A DNA stretch of 64,000 nucleotides. It comes from Cenococcum geophilum. Its lineage: Eukaryota. Below are positions 38,182 through 52,105 of this stretch, piece after piece. Below the pieces are notes generated by a model. The model saw only the letters and a list, made by a program, of their open reading frames with translations. It had not been told where the DNA came from and did no database searches. Every line of letters starts with the position of its first letter. The stretch's first letter is position 1. The translations under genes were made by a program, and so were the position numbers. The stretch spans positions 2,232,001 through 2,296,000 of the forward strand of contig CP158636.1 of assembly GCA_050273025.1 (NCBI GenBank), in the 5' to 3' direction.

Positions 38182-40775
38182 AATAAGTAATAATATTAAC
38201 TAAATTAATTAGATAGATATTACACCTCTAGTAAATAACTTAGAGATATTAAGTATCTTTAAGGACAAAGATAGAAAGAAGGGGGATAGTGTTATAGACG
38301 TTTTAAGTACAATATTATAACTACTAGGAAAGGATTTAGAAGTAGCTAGTTAGTTAATTAAGGCATAGTCTAAAATAGAGCCGATAGAACTATATAATAA
38401 GGAATAGTAACTAAGGTTATATAACATGCTACGTATTAAACGTAAGGAATAAGAGGAACTTACGTACCTTATATATAAGGAGGATTTCTTAGGAGTTTAG
38501 TTATATATTTAAAGAACTACAGTCCCTACCTAGATAGTTCTTCTCTCCTTATAGTAAATCTTAAAATACAATTAAAGTTAATCTGTTAGGTAACCACTCC
38601 ACTAATTATATTTACGTTGTTAACTATTATATACCTATATACCTAGCCTATTAATAAGTCTATCATAGTTCCTGCTATAAGGCTTCGTTACAGTTATATT
38701 ATTAATAAAAGATAGTAATCTCAAATTCTAAACCCTTATAATTTAAAATACTTAAATTTATATATAATTTCTCTATAGTAGAGCATTCTAGCTATATAAA
38801 GACCTATAAGATTATCTAATAAGTATATTACTAGCCTATAATATATAACTATATACAAAAATATATTTAGGTATATAGAATATATATATAAGAAAACCTC
38901 TTATATAAAGAAGTAAGGAGTACTTTAACCGTTACTAATTCTAATGCAAAGATAGCAAAATATTTTAATTAACTTTATAGTTAACCTACCTAACAGTAAT
39001 AGGTTTATAAATATTATAGTAATTATTAACCATTTTATAAAAATGCAATATATAATTCCTATAGACTTAATTAATATAATATTAGTAGCCGAATATTTTA
39101 TTAAGTACGTCTTTAAGCTATATAGACTTTCTAATTTAATAATATCTAACTATAAAAGCCAGTTCGTTTTAGACTTTTAGCAAGTCCTATATAAATAATT
39201 AAGTATATAAATATAACTTTTAACTATATTTTATCTAGAAATAGATAGTTAAACTAAAATTATAAATACGATTAAAAAATAATACTTATAAATGTACTGC
39301 TTCTACTTATAAGACGACTAGAAAAAGTGGCTACCTTTAGCTAAGTTTACTGCAAATAATATAAGAAATAAATTAATAGGCGTAACGCCGTTCTATATAA
39401 CCTACGGATAAAACCCTTAACTTAGATTTAAACTATAACCTAAAATTAATATAATAGGACCTATAATTAAGAGGATTTAATTAATTAACGCGTATAACTT
39501 CGCTAATTAAATAAAGTAGTTAACGGAACTATTATAAAGTAAATTAGCGTATACTTAAACGGTATAGGAATAGTATATAAATAAAGGACGAGCTCCTATG
39601 TAGGACTTTAAGGAAGGTAATGTAGTTTACCTAAATATATAAAACCTAAAGACTTAACAACCCTTAAAGAAACTTAATTAGAAGTTTATAGGCCTATACT
39701 AAATTAAGAAGAGACTAAGCCTATATACTTATAAGCTTAAACTACTAACTAAGATAAAAATATATCTAACGTTTTATATAAGCTTACTGTAACCTTTAAA
39801 GGGTAAACCTATAACTTGCAAAGTACTACTACTACCTCCTATAATTATCAATAATAGTAACAGTTCTTACTTTATTAACTTAATTAATAATATATAATAG
39901 AAAATATAATCTAAATAATTTAAACTCCTTATTAAGTAGGAAGGCTATAGAATATAAACTTAGGAAACCTATAACCAGATTAAGACTAATGCGCCTTCTT
40001 TAGTAAAAGAATTCTATAAAACTTATCCTTCGCGGCCTACTTTAGCTAGATAGATATAATATAAAGGTAAATAATTGCTATTTAATATGAATATATAAAA
40101 TATAATAGTAGGAAGCTTAAAATTAAAAAGAACTTAAAATATATTATAACGTTTATAATATAATTACGTAATACGCAAGGTATTAAAAAACTTTAACCAC
40201 TAGTTAAAGTTATTTAATTAGTTAGATCTGCCTTACTAAGACCTACTATAAAGATGTTAGTTCTGCTTACTGCTTTAACCGAGCTAATAGCGATTTTCTA
40301 TTTTAGGGATAGAAAATCCTAATTAGCCTATTTAATAATAGAATTGGTAAAACTTTATACTATTACCTAACGTAACTATATAAACGCAATAAGTAATAAG
40401 TCTTAACTAAATTAAATTATTTTAAACCTTTGGCTAAAAGGGGGGGTACTATAATAGGATTAGCCCAATTATAGTAGGAACGTCTTAGTAAAATACTTAA
40501 TAGATAAATTTTAATACTTTATCTAAATTCTACCAAATTCTGCCAGCTTAATTAACTTCTACTAAGTTCTACTAAAGTCCGTTAATAACTGCGTGCGTAT
40601 ATACGCACGTATTAACCACTAAGCCCCTAACTATTTAATTATATAATTCTCTCGTTATTCCTTTCTCTTCTTTATATAACGTCTTGTTCTTAGCAAGAGC
40701 TATATACTCTTAGATTTAGATAGAATTTATATTATTCCTTTAAATCTTCCCTAAAAGTCTCTTCGCGCCCTTATA

Positions 40776-43700
40776 TAATGCTATTTAACTATTTATAGTT
40801 AATATATAGCCTAAGTCCTCCGTTTTTCTTTAGTATAAACCATACTAGATATTTTATTAATAACTATAATAGTCTAATATATCCTTTTTATAAGTTCTAT
40901 TAGACAAACTCTTTAAGTGCTTTTAACTCCTTTTAGGTAAGCTTATAGGTTAGAAAGAACCTTAGACTTATTCCTAGTTCTAACTTTATCTTATAGTCCT
41001 ATACTATATAATCTACTAGCTTCTTACTTTTTAGGCTCTGTAGTTTCTTACTATATTTATAATATCTCTTTAGTATATAACTTAAGCCTCGCTTAGTCTC
41101 TTTATATATTACTTTAACTTAATATTATACTATCTTAATTTATTATCGTATCCTATATTATTAAGTATCCCTAATATTAACCTAACCTATAATCTAATTG
41201 ATTTTTAGATTATATTTCTATAACTAAGGCATACTTAATACTACCTTATCCCGTCCTAATAGTAGGGTATTATAAGATATTTTAATTTATCTCCCTTTAA
41301 TAGTTATTTAAATAGGTCCTGTTTTAAGATTAATAATCCCTCTATAGGTTATTAGATCTCCTAAAATTATAACTAATAGATAAGATTACTCCTTCTATCT
41401 ATAAGGTAATCCTATTCTCTTAACTACTACTAGTAAGATATAGTTTCTTATTACTCCACTATCTATTAGTACTTTAAACTGTTAATCTTACTAATTAACT
41501 TATAAATTTAGGTATTATCCTTAAATTCCTTTAAGGGTCTAAGGCTCTATTATTAGCTTCCTCTAGTTCTATAGGCCTCTACTTTTTCTAACTATTAGCT
41601 ACTTAATCCTATTATACTTAGCTTACTCTTTAGCTAATACCTAGTTTACTTTTTATCTTTAATATGCTATAGATACGTATTCTCTAGGCATTCTTACTAC
41701 TATTATTTATTAAGGTATTCTTCCATAAGGAATCTTCCTAGTTAAAGTATTAAGTCTCCTAACTTTTAAACTTTTACTAAATACTATTTATATATATACT
41801 TAGCATTTCTATACTATCGCTTATCTAGCGCCTAGTATATCCTTATAAGGTATTTCCAATTCTTTTCTTTTAGATTCTTATATATATTGTATATATTATC
41901 TATATATATAATTTATAACAGCGTATAATACGCTAGGTGCTTTAAGTTAACTCTTAACTTATTTTTATCCTTAAGTTTAAACCTCTATTATATTAATCTA
42001 AACGTTATAACTTTATTTGCGGGTACTAAAATTTACCTTTTACTTTTTTAGTCCTCTAACTATTCCTTTAAATCTTTTAATGTTATAATTAAAGCTCCCT
42101 TAATATAACTTATAGCTTTCTCTATAATAGGGCGGTTCTAAATAACTTACTTATCTAACTATATATAGAAATCTTCTTACTTATTTTTATATTATTGCCT
42201 ATACTACTTTTAATATAGCTATTAGAGTATATACGGCTTATCTGTAAGGAAGTATCTTTTTATTACTATATTATAACAGCCCTTTATATATCGTTCTTTA
42301 AATTTAGTAAGAATCCTTAAATCCTTTTCTTATTCTAGTTTAGTAAGCTATTTTACTCTTAGCGTGCCTATCTTAGGCCTATTAGTTATTTTTTATATAG
42401 GTGCTCTACCCCTAGTACAACCTAATATACTAGATCTTTAGTCTAGTTTCTATTCTTACTATATAAGAATGCTCTATCTAAATTCCTTTATAGTTTCTTT
42501 TATTTTTTGCCTTATAAGTAGATCCTTAAAGTCTCCTTACTTTTTAATCTTAGTATTAATTTTCTTAATAGTCCTTATTTGTGTATTAAAGTCTTAGTCC
42601 TATAGAACTCTTAATTCTAAGCCTACTTCTTCCTTAAGCTTAGCTCTAGCCTTAGTCTAATTAGGCTTTTATAGTGTTCTTATCTTATTTTAAAAATCTT
42701 AAATCTTACTTATTTTATTTTAAGAATCTTATACCTTTAGGAAACTTCGTCCTAAGCTTATTTATATATTACTAAACTAAGCTATTACTCTACTCTATTA
42801 GTTGTTGTCTACGTATCTTATCTCTTCTTAAGAATCTTAAGCCTTTGGCCTTTTGCCTTTATTAAGTAATAAGCTAGTACTAGTAGTTATTTGCTCACTT
42901 AATCTTTTTTTTAAATACTTCTCCTTCTATTTTATAAAGTAATAGATACCGTATCTAATAGTGTTATAATTTCTATTACCGACCCTTATTCTATAGTGAT
43001 TTTAGTCTCTACTTCTAATATAACTTCTTTAAGGTTTATATACTTCTAGTAAGCTACCTTTATTACTTTATTATTGCTAAATATTTCACCTATATTAAAT
43101 TTATTGTCCTTAATATCTAATTTATAAGATAGTTTATTAATTCCTCTAAACTCTAATAATTTTAACTCCTATAGCTAATAGCTTACACTATACTTAGCGT
43201 CCTTATTAATTTAGTATACATTATTATTGTTTGTACTAACTTAATAGCACGAGTGAGTCGTATCCACGGGCACGAAATACATGTAGTATCGTATGCTTGT
43301 TTGGATGGTGACTGTCGATTGTATAAAGCAGACTACGTGGTCTATATACTGATGCACCTCCCCCCTAATTAGTTAGTGCTTTATAAGTGCACCAGACGCG
43401 TAAGCGAGTGGTTAGTGCACTAAACGCGTAAACGCGTACCTGGTGTACCGAACGCGTAAGCACGCGTTTAGTACAACAGGTGCTATAATTATACACTAGC
43501 AGTACTTGAAAAATGAAACCACCTGTGTATAGCCTCCGTAATTGCTTTAATAAAACCATAGAACACAAAGGAAAATATATAGGAAATCTCCCCCAAGGTA
43601 CTATCTAGGCTGCCTTCTAAACGGTACCTTAAGCTAGCCGTAAGTCCTACTTACGGCCCGTAAAATAAACCGTACGGCCTTTTGACGGGCAGTAAGTTAG

Positions 43701-46700
43701 ATTTTAAGGGCCGCTAAGGCGCTAGTGCTAAGCGAGCTAATGGCGATTTTCTATCCCGGGGATGGAAAATCGTAATTAGTTAATTTAACCACCCTATAAA
43801 ATTCGGTAGGTTACGTAAGTCTACTAAGTTCTACTATAGCTTTCTACCGTTTTCCACCTATACCGTATAATAAGTCGTACGGCCTTCTAACGGGCCGTAG
43901 ACATACCGTAGGTGCTCCGTTAGTCCCGTTCTACCCATTTTATAACTTTTAGGTTAAGCTTATTTATATTAATTAGGGTTTTAAGGGCTTAACACGGCTT
44001 TACCTTAGTTATAGCGTCCGCTAGGTTGTCTCCGCTGCTAATTTATTTAACCTCCGTAATCTTATATTGTTTATAGGCCTAATGTAAGCATATTAGGTCG
44101 ACCATGAGCCTCTTCTCTTATGTCGTACCTAGTTTAACTAGGCAGTCATAAAGGGACTTTAAATCGGTGTATAAAACTAGGGGTAACTACTCTAGTTATA
44201 GAATCTTCTGGACTGTTAATTTAATTATAGCTGCTATATTAAATCTATAAGCTAGTGTATATAGTTTAGAAGCTAGTACACTACGGGTTACTTATTTACA
44301 CTTAATTAAAGACCAGTATAGTATATTTGCGTCCTAATTGCGGTCTATAAGTACAATTATAAAGCCAATTTATGATAATAGGTCTTTGTTATTGGTAAAG
44401 GAGGCATCCGTAAATGCTAGTAGGCTAAGGGAATTTAGGTCTAGTGGTATAAAAGTAAGTCCCCTTACTGCATTGTTAATTTGCCACTGAATATGCTTAT
44501 TAAGCTGCTTAATATTTTCTTCTTGCGGATCTACTGCCTGGGCCGTAAAGGATAAGTCGTAGGCAGATTTAGGTTGGCAGACTGTGGCAATATAGGCGCC
44601 TCTTATACGCTGTGCAGCGTATTAGTCCTTTATATTTACAGTCTTACGGGTCTCTCCGCGGGAACTAGTAAGGTCCGTAGGCTTTGCTATAATAAGCTTT
44701 AGGTTTTAAGCTTGGCGTTTCTAAGTTAGCTTAATTAGGTTGCCCTTTTATATAATTAAGCCTCTATTAAACTTAATTAGATTCTGCTTAGTTAACTACT
44801 CTTACGGCTTTACCAAGAACTTAGCCTTTTATAGTTTAGTTTCTTTAGCGTCCGTAAAGGTCTAGTCTGCTAGGAATAGGGTATTGTCTGTTTAAAATCT
44901 AACAATACTAAGGCCGTTCGATGGGCTGTATAGGAGGTAGGGGTCGTAGGTCAACTGTTCTATTTTAAGCTTACTAACGTAATGCTGGTGGTATATCTTA
45001 AACTAGTAGTTCCTAGCTTCTGGTACTCCGTAAAGAGGTTTTATAACCCGTAAAATTATTCCTAATTATAGGTTAAGCTTATAGGGTGGTTGTATAAAGA
45101 TGTCCCTATTTAGGTAAGTGTTGGACTACACGTAGGCTTATAAGATGTCCCGTAAGTATAGGGCTATAGGTTTAGTTTACTGTAGTCCTAGCGCAAGTAC
45201 AAGTATAATTTGTTGGCTAACTCGTTAAATTATAGGCGATTATATAAGGACTAAGTCCTTTCTCTTATCGTTATAAGCTTGTATAATAAGCCTTAATTTC
45301 TTAAAGGCTTTATTAGTACTAGGGTGCTTAATCTCGTTAACAAAGCGTAAGTTAAATATATGGATGCCTTACGGGATATCTTTCTCTATTATAACTGCAA
45401 AGACACCCTTTTTAAGTAGTCCGTTAATCTCTTTACGTTGTAAGTCCGTAAACGGGGTTTCCTATACTAGAACTAATATATTTGTAGGCGGAGATTGCCT
45501 TGCGGATATTCCTGCGGAGGTTAGGTGATTTTCTATTACGGTGTTTTTGGTTACAGGGTGCTTTTGGGGGCGTCCTTAACCACGCTTTACGGTAGGTTTA
45601 GTAGGTTTAGTGGGTTTCTGGGGGACTTCTAGGGTAGGCAAGGGTGCTTCTAGTTTGTCTAATTTGGTAGGTGCTTCCGGTTCGTCTAGTTTAACGGGTG
45701 CTTCCAGTTCGTCTGGTTCAACGTTATGGGTGTTTTTAGGCCAAAAGTAGGGTTTTACGGACGTGCTTCTAAAGCTGGTTAGCCTATTAGGAAGCTGTAC
45801 GTAATATATCTCGTTTTCTACAGCTAGTAGACGATAAGGTCTATTCTAACTGCCGCTTTTACGCTATATAAGGACTTTAGAGTTAAGCGGGAGGTTATAT
45901 ACTAGGGTCATATTAGGTCCGTTGCGGTGGTATAGGGCGTTATTAATAGCTTGCTTGGCCCGTAGCTTGACTATTTCAGTTATTACCTTCCGTATTATAG
46001 CTGCTTGTTTTGTAATAGACGGGGTAGGAGGGCCTAGGTTACTTATCCTTAGGTAGGCTCCGTAAACTAAGAGGGTAAGTACTAGTCCGTCGGGGCTAGC
46101 GGTGTTATTAATAGCTTTTACGGCCATTTGTAAAGCTAGTTCCTTTTAGATATCCTTATACTCGTCCGTAATAATCTAGTAAGCTCTCCGTAAGGCTAGG
46201 TAAGCTTACTTAATAAGCCTAATAGACTAGTGCGCCTTAACTAGAATAGCTTTTGTTAATATAGCCATGGCCGTAGCATACTATTGGAATTTCTTGCTAA
46301 TAAAGTTCCTACCGGTGTCGTGGGTGATATACTGCGGAGGTCCGACGTATATGTCGATCTAGTAGGTCTGTAAAATATCCTAAGTATATTTTATAGATAT
46401 ATTTTGCAACTAACGGGCGGCTTAATAGTAGGTTGCCTCGTTAATTATATATAATACTAGACTGCCGTTAATGTACATAATATCTACGTATACTAAGTAG
46501 TTAAAGTTAAGGTCCTTATAAAGGGTGAACTTGAATCGGCCTGGGGAACGTCCGTATTTCTAGCAGAAGGAGCAGTATTTGGTTAGGTGGTTAATTACCT
46601 TCCTGTTAACGTTGTTATGTCTAAAGCGTTTAAGGACTTTATATAGCTTTTTAGCTGACGGGTAGCCGAAACGGCGGTATAGGCGGTGGATCTCCGTACT

Positions 46701-49700
46701 GGTAAGGTAGCACGGGTTATAGTTAAAAGATTCCTAAATGTAGGTCCGTAAAGTCTCTCCCTATATAAGGAACGGGTGTCCAAATTATTGTGTAATTGGT
46801 AGGGTAATATGCTTGCTTCTTAGGGCAGTTACGGGGCCGATTAAGGTGTCCGTAACATTATTATAGTATACCTATAACCTATCCATGTCTGCAAGATAGA
46901 GTAGGAAGGGGGTGTCTGCTTTTACTACGTGGAAGTCAACTAGGCTAATTGGAGTCTTAACTTTAACTAATCTAATTAATGCGGTTGAGCCAATGCTAAA
47001 TTAGACGTTTACGGCCCTAGTTTGCGTAATATTAATGTCCGTATTGTTATTTATAGTGGTCCTATATACGAGGTATTATCCATAGCCTGCGGTAGACTTC
47101 TTAGAGGTACCTATATTAATTATAACGCCGTAGAATTCTTTAGGGGTATAGCGTTCCGTGGTAATATATGCAAATAGGTCCTGCTTATAATCTATAACGT
47201 CTATAACAGGGGTACTTATAGAATGGTTTTTAGGCGTAACTAAGTGTATAAAGGAACGGTTAGCTAATATGGTCGTAATATTAAAGGCTTAGCTATCTGT
47301 AAAAGGTCTAAAAGTGGTTAGGAATATCTCTAAGGTCTCTTATTTTTAAGCGTCTAAGTTAAAGTTAATTATAAGGGCTTCTATTAACTTATTAGGGGGC
47401 TCTTCTACTTCTTTTCCTTTGTATTCCAAAATAAACTAGTTAATATAGCTATTAAGTCTCTTCTTAGACTTGTTATGTTCTTCCCGGGTATGCCTTATAG
47501 ACTAATATCCTTCCTTACCGTATACAAAGCACTTCTAGCTAGTTTATCTATAGGGGTATGTTTTTATACGGGGGTTACTACGGGGGTTACGGGTGGGACT
47601 TGGTCGGTATAGGTACTGCTAGCAGTAGCGGCGGTCCGTAAAGTAGACGTCTAAGTCTATTTACGGATATTAAATATCCGTAATAAAGGCTTAAGTGCTG
47701 CCTGGTAGGTTTAAGACTTTATACGTTATAATAGAGGAGCGTAGGTCATTAATGAGGCCAGCTAAGGTATCTATAGGCTTATAGCAGGCGTATTTACAGG
47801 GCTCTACTTCCTAGCAGGCTGTAATAAGTTTATTATATAGGAAGTCGTCTATTTAAAGCTTGGTGTTAAGGCCGTGCTATAGGTGCTAAAGGTCTTTAAT
47901 AAGAATTTGCAGGCACTCTATAGTTAATTTTTTAGTGTTCTTGTCGATTACGGTCTGTAGCTTAGTCGCATTCTATTAGGTAAGAATATTACGCTTATAT
48001 TCCGGTCCTTTAAAGTAGTTATGTGTAGCTTTATATAGCTTATTAAAGGGAACATTAAGGGGGTTACTCTTAAGGTTAGTGTAGTAGTGGTTAAGTACTA
48101 GGCCGCGTAGTATAGTGGAGTAGGCTTAGCTAAATTCCTGTTTAGGAATATTAGCCTTCCAATAGAGGTTTGTAAAGATAGTAAGTTTAAAGTTAAAGTT
48201 ATTATTTTTACTGCTGTACTTGGATTTGTCGGTATAGAGCTTAGCTAGGTTAGCTAGCTCCTTACCGTAGGTCTTTACTTAGGTAGGTTGTAGATCTATG
48301 ACTTACGGATCTATGGCTTGCGGATATATAGCTTATAGATCTGTGACTTAAACAACGGGGGTAATTTAGTCCGTATTTTAGTTTATAGGGGTATTATAGT
48401 CCGTAATTTGGGTTACAGGGGTATTGTGGTCTGTAACTTAAGTATTAGGTATACTTTAGCCAGTAAGATTAATTCTAATACTACTTAAGTTTGTGGAACA
48501 AATTTAGTTAAATAGGTTAGCTATAAGGCTAGAGATTCTATTAAGTTTAAAGGAGGTAAAGAGGTCGCTGGTTTTGATATGATTTAAGATCTACTCTTTA
48601 GTCCATTCCGTTTGGTCCTCCTTACGTAGTATATCGTATAGAGACTATATAACAGTGACTTGTTTATCTCTTTTAACCCATACGCCTTAGTAATATAAAA
48701 GGGTTCATAGGTTACGGATGGTAGTAGGGTTGTAAGCCTTAAAAATAGCTTCCGTAAAGTCCGCAAAGTCTTCCTTATATTACTCCTATAGGTTATTATT
48801 TATAAGCTTAAAGTGTCTATATTTAAGGATTTTAAAGCTAATATAGTCGTTAACATCGTTTATAGACGTAACGTTGACGCCTTATCTCTACTTCTTTTAA
48901 CCTTCGCTGACTTACTTGCTAATATCTACCATACTATAGTATAGTATAGTGCGTAGTGGGTGGTAGCAGCTTATAACGGGTGGGGGAGGTCTTATAACGG
49001 TTCGTAAAATTAATTAACGGGTCCGTAATGGTTTATAGGAGGGTAGGGAGTTTCCGTAAAAGGTCTAAAGAGGTTTAAGGTTTAAGGGGGTTAAGGATAG
49101 GGGTTCCGTATAGGTCTGTATTCGCGTCTATAACTTTTAATAAACCGTATTAAGACTTAAATAAGTATATAGAGTTAGAGATAAGTCCGTAATCCCTAAC
49201 TTCTGACCTTTTAGCAGGTCGTACTAGGAGTCTAAATAGGTGGTCACTGTCGTGTGTATCGCTCGGGGGGAGGTATTAAGTAATTGCTGATTTATGCGCG
49301 CTTACTAATTAGTATTTATACTAACTTAATAGTATAAGTAAGTTGTATCCACGGGCACGAAATATATATAGTATTATATGCTTATTTGGATGGTGACTGT
49401 TGATTATATAAAGCAGACTACGTGGTCTATATACTAATGCACCTCCCCCCTAATTAGTTAGTGCTTTATAAGTGCACCAGACGCGTAAGTAAGTGGTTGG
49501 TGCACTAAACGCGTAAACGCGTACCTGGTGTACTGAACGCGTAAGCACGCGTTTAGTACAACAGGTGCTGTAATTATATAATTATAACAAATATAAAACT
49601 TTTAATTAAATATTCCTTTATTCCTTGTAGTATACTATTATCCCTTTATATGTATATATTATCTACTAATCTCATTCCTTTTACTATATGGTAACTTTAA

Positions 49701-51213
49701 CTACTTTTATAGTCTTTAATAAAATAACCTTATTTTCTATAATTTATATAAGCTCCTTCTTTAAACTATTTTTTTATTATAGAGTCTGCCTAAACGTCTT
49801 CTACTACTAAAATCCCTAGTTTAGCCTCTACTCTTTAGTCCTATAATTACTTAATTCTTAACCTTTAGGTTTTTATAGTTTCTTATTCTATCTTTTAGAT
49901 TCTTTAGTACTGCTTAGGTTTATTGGTTTTACACTATACTATAGTTTTTAACTTTAACTCTATTATTACGTATTTTACACCTTATATAACTATAGAACTC
50001 TATCCTAACCCTTTTTAGTCTGTTCCCTTTAGTAGATCCTATTATTAATCTTAATTGCTTAATTAATTAGTTCCTTTAGGTTATCCGCATCTTCTACTAG
50101 GATAATTACGTCCTAGACTTTTACTTTAAGTCCCTGTTTATACTATACTATAAGCGCCTTATTATTTTATTTAACCTATATTGCTAATATTTAAAACTAT
50201 ATTATATACTTAATTGCTAAGGTTTATTATACTAGGTTTTAAAGCTTTCTTTTTACTATAGTGGTCGCTATTAAATGTTTAAATATTTACGTTAATTGTT
50301 CCGTAAACCTGTTCTAACTAGCAAATATATATTATACTTCTTAGTTAGTAGTTACTATCCCGTTTTCCTATATCTCCGTAAGATAAGGTTTAAACTACTT
50401 AAGTACCCTTCCCGTTAGAAATAGTCCTACGTAGGCTATTTGGTCTATAGCTATTACTAGCTTTACTCCCTCCTATATAACCTTAAAGTGTATTTATATA
50501 AGGAATCCTTTAAGTTTTAACTTCTCCCCTAAGAATTGCTCGATGGATAATAGCTTAATTTTTACCGCTTTTATCTTATTAATTTATTCTTTAAGTATCC
50601 TATTATTATCTATTAATTAATTAACTATTACTTATAACTGCCTAACCGTAACTAGTTATAAGTCAGTATCTACTATACTAGTGTTATTACCTAACCCTAA
50701 GGTAGTTGCTGCTGTAAACGCTGTTATAACTGCTACTTTTAGTAGTATATTATTCGACTTTATTAATACCGTAACCTTAGTAGTAAATATATAATAAAGC
50801 CTTATAGTAAGAACTACGGTAGACTTATTAATAGGCTAGGTATATAGGTAAATAAGAAGTTAACAATATAATAATAACTAGTGAAGTAGTTACCTAATAG
50901 ATTAACTTTAATTATATTCTAAGATTTACTATAAAGAAGAGAACTATCTAGGTAGGGACTATAGTCCTTTAAATATATAATACTGCGCCTAAGAAATACT
51001 TAAGTATGTTAGTATATTAAACTATTTAAGTATATAACGTTCCAATAGACTTTACAGATCCTATATTCTAAACTTATAATATAATTAACTATATAACTCG
51101 GCTACCCCTTATTCTATATTTCGACTAGTTCTAGTACCTCCCGTACTTCCACCACTAGTCCGTTTATATCTCTCCTTAGTAGTGCTACTACTGCCAATAT
51201 AAGGTCCGTAACA
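40776..51213 (-). mobile_element. Gypsy family 1 copy E (5' half: LTR, gag, protease, start of RT), divergent subfamily, interrupted by D and by Copia N
   Basis: Collinear with B 11090-16650; 5' LTR 50790-51213 ending CGTAACA. Confidence 0.92.
43228..49580 (-). mobile_element. Ty1/Copia element N (second GalEa-like family), full length
   Basis: 268-bp LTRs 43228-43495 and 49313-49580; TSD ATTAT; gag knuckle ~47490-47535; RT (Q)TDN (QTDD) ~44885; RNase H FTDASF ~44400; hairpin CTAATTAGT next to the 5' LTR. Confidence 0.95.
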
Positions 51214-52105
51214 CTAAGTATTAGACTATTTTATTAAATAGGGCGTTTAAGGCCTTCTTATCCCATATCTCCCCTTTTTCCTCCTTTATAGCTTCCTCCC
51301 CTATAGCTGCGGCTACTCATATAGCTACCTTCCCCCCTAACTATCCTAGCTAGCTAGCTATCTTCTACCTCTTTTTTACCCGCTAATTATCTTTTTATAT
51401 CTCTTTCTATTTTAACTTCCGTTTTTAATAACTAGTAGCCTACAATTTTTAATTAATAACTTACTGCTTTAAAAATAAGTAAAGCTTATCTTCTATTACC
51501 TAGGCGCCGCCTATATTACCTTTTAGTCTTATATACTAGTTTTTCTACTCTTTCTACTTTAGCTTATGTGCCCTTATAGTATTCTTTAAGCGCTAAGCCT
51601 TATATATATTATATAGCCGTACTGTTTAGGCCTTAAATTCGCTCTAGAGGCTATAGGGGGAGGAGGCTAGGGGGGCTTCTGTTGACCGTAAAGTAGACTA
51701 TAGGGTAAAGAGGTTCTTAAAAGACTCTATATTTGTAAAAGGTAAGGGGAAAGACATGTAAGCGCGGTATGTATAAATAAAGCTACCGAACGCGTAAATA
51801 TTAAAGGAGAAGGAGAAGAAGAGGGCTCTATATTATACAATCAGAATTACAATAGGCCTTTCTATATAAAATTAGAAGCCCCGCGCGAAGCTAGCGCGGG
51901 TATAAAAACAAAAGAGTTAGAAAATGGATTATTAAGGCGACGATAAGTTAAAGGCGCGCTAAGGCCCTTTATACTAACCTGGTACTAACCTAGGCCTTAA
52001 AAACGCGTCTAAAAAGTAGGGGCTACTACCTAAGGGGGGGGTGATATTTGGACGATATGTCGCGGACCTTAGGGGGTTATGCGTAACCCGAGGTTATGCC
52101 AAGCC
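51214..52105 (-). mobile_element. 5' end of a probable Crypton (tyrosine-recombinase DNA transposon); ORF starts at ATG 51757 and is cut by Gypsy E
   Basis: Reconstructed KNTIRAH.(P)K(Q)KE(W)K.(W)(C)..L.GN..GA(W)V(T)EDKL(C)LFL.Q(Q)VIN(R) resembles, from my recall, the N-terminus of fungal Crypton/NDC10-II proteins; the catalytic domain is outside the window. Confidence 0.62.

Larger units (their letters stand above)
17569..38692 (+). mobile_element. Gypsy family 1 copy C, both LTRs present, carrying five nested insertions
   Basis: LTRs 17569-17989 and 38290-38692; TSD GTTAT at 17564-68 and 38693-97; gag from ~18028, protease ~28200, RT-RH-IN 34400-36610, chromodomain ~37410-37560. Confidence 0.96.
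17401..40775 (+). mobile_element. 3' half of a distinct Gypsy chromovirus D (17401-17568 plus 38698-40775), split by copy C
   Basis: Integrase zinc-binding region reads through the C insertion; FYLEIDS.TK (HPETDGQTE-type) ~39230; chromodomain ~39870-40030; polypurine tract 40436-40446; LTR 40450-40775; followed by TAATG of copy E. Confidence 0.88.
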
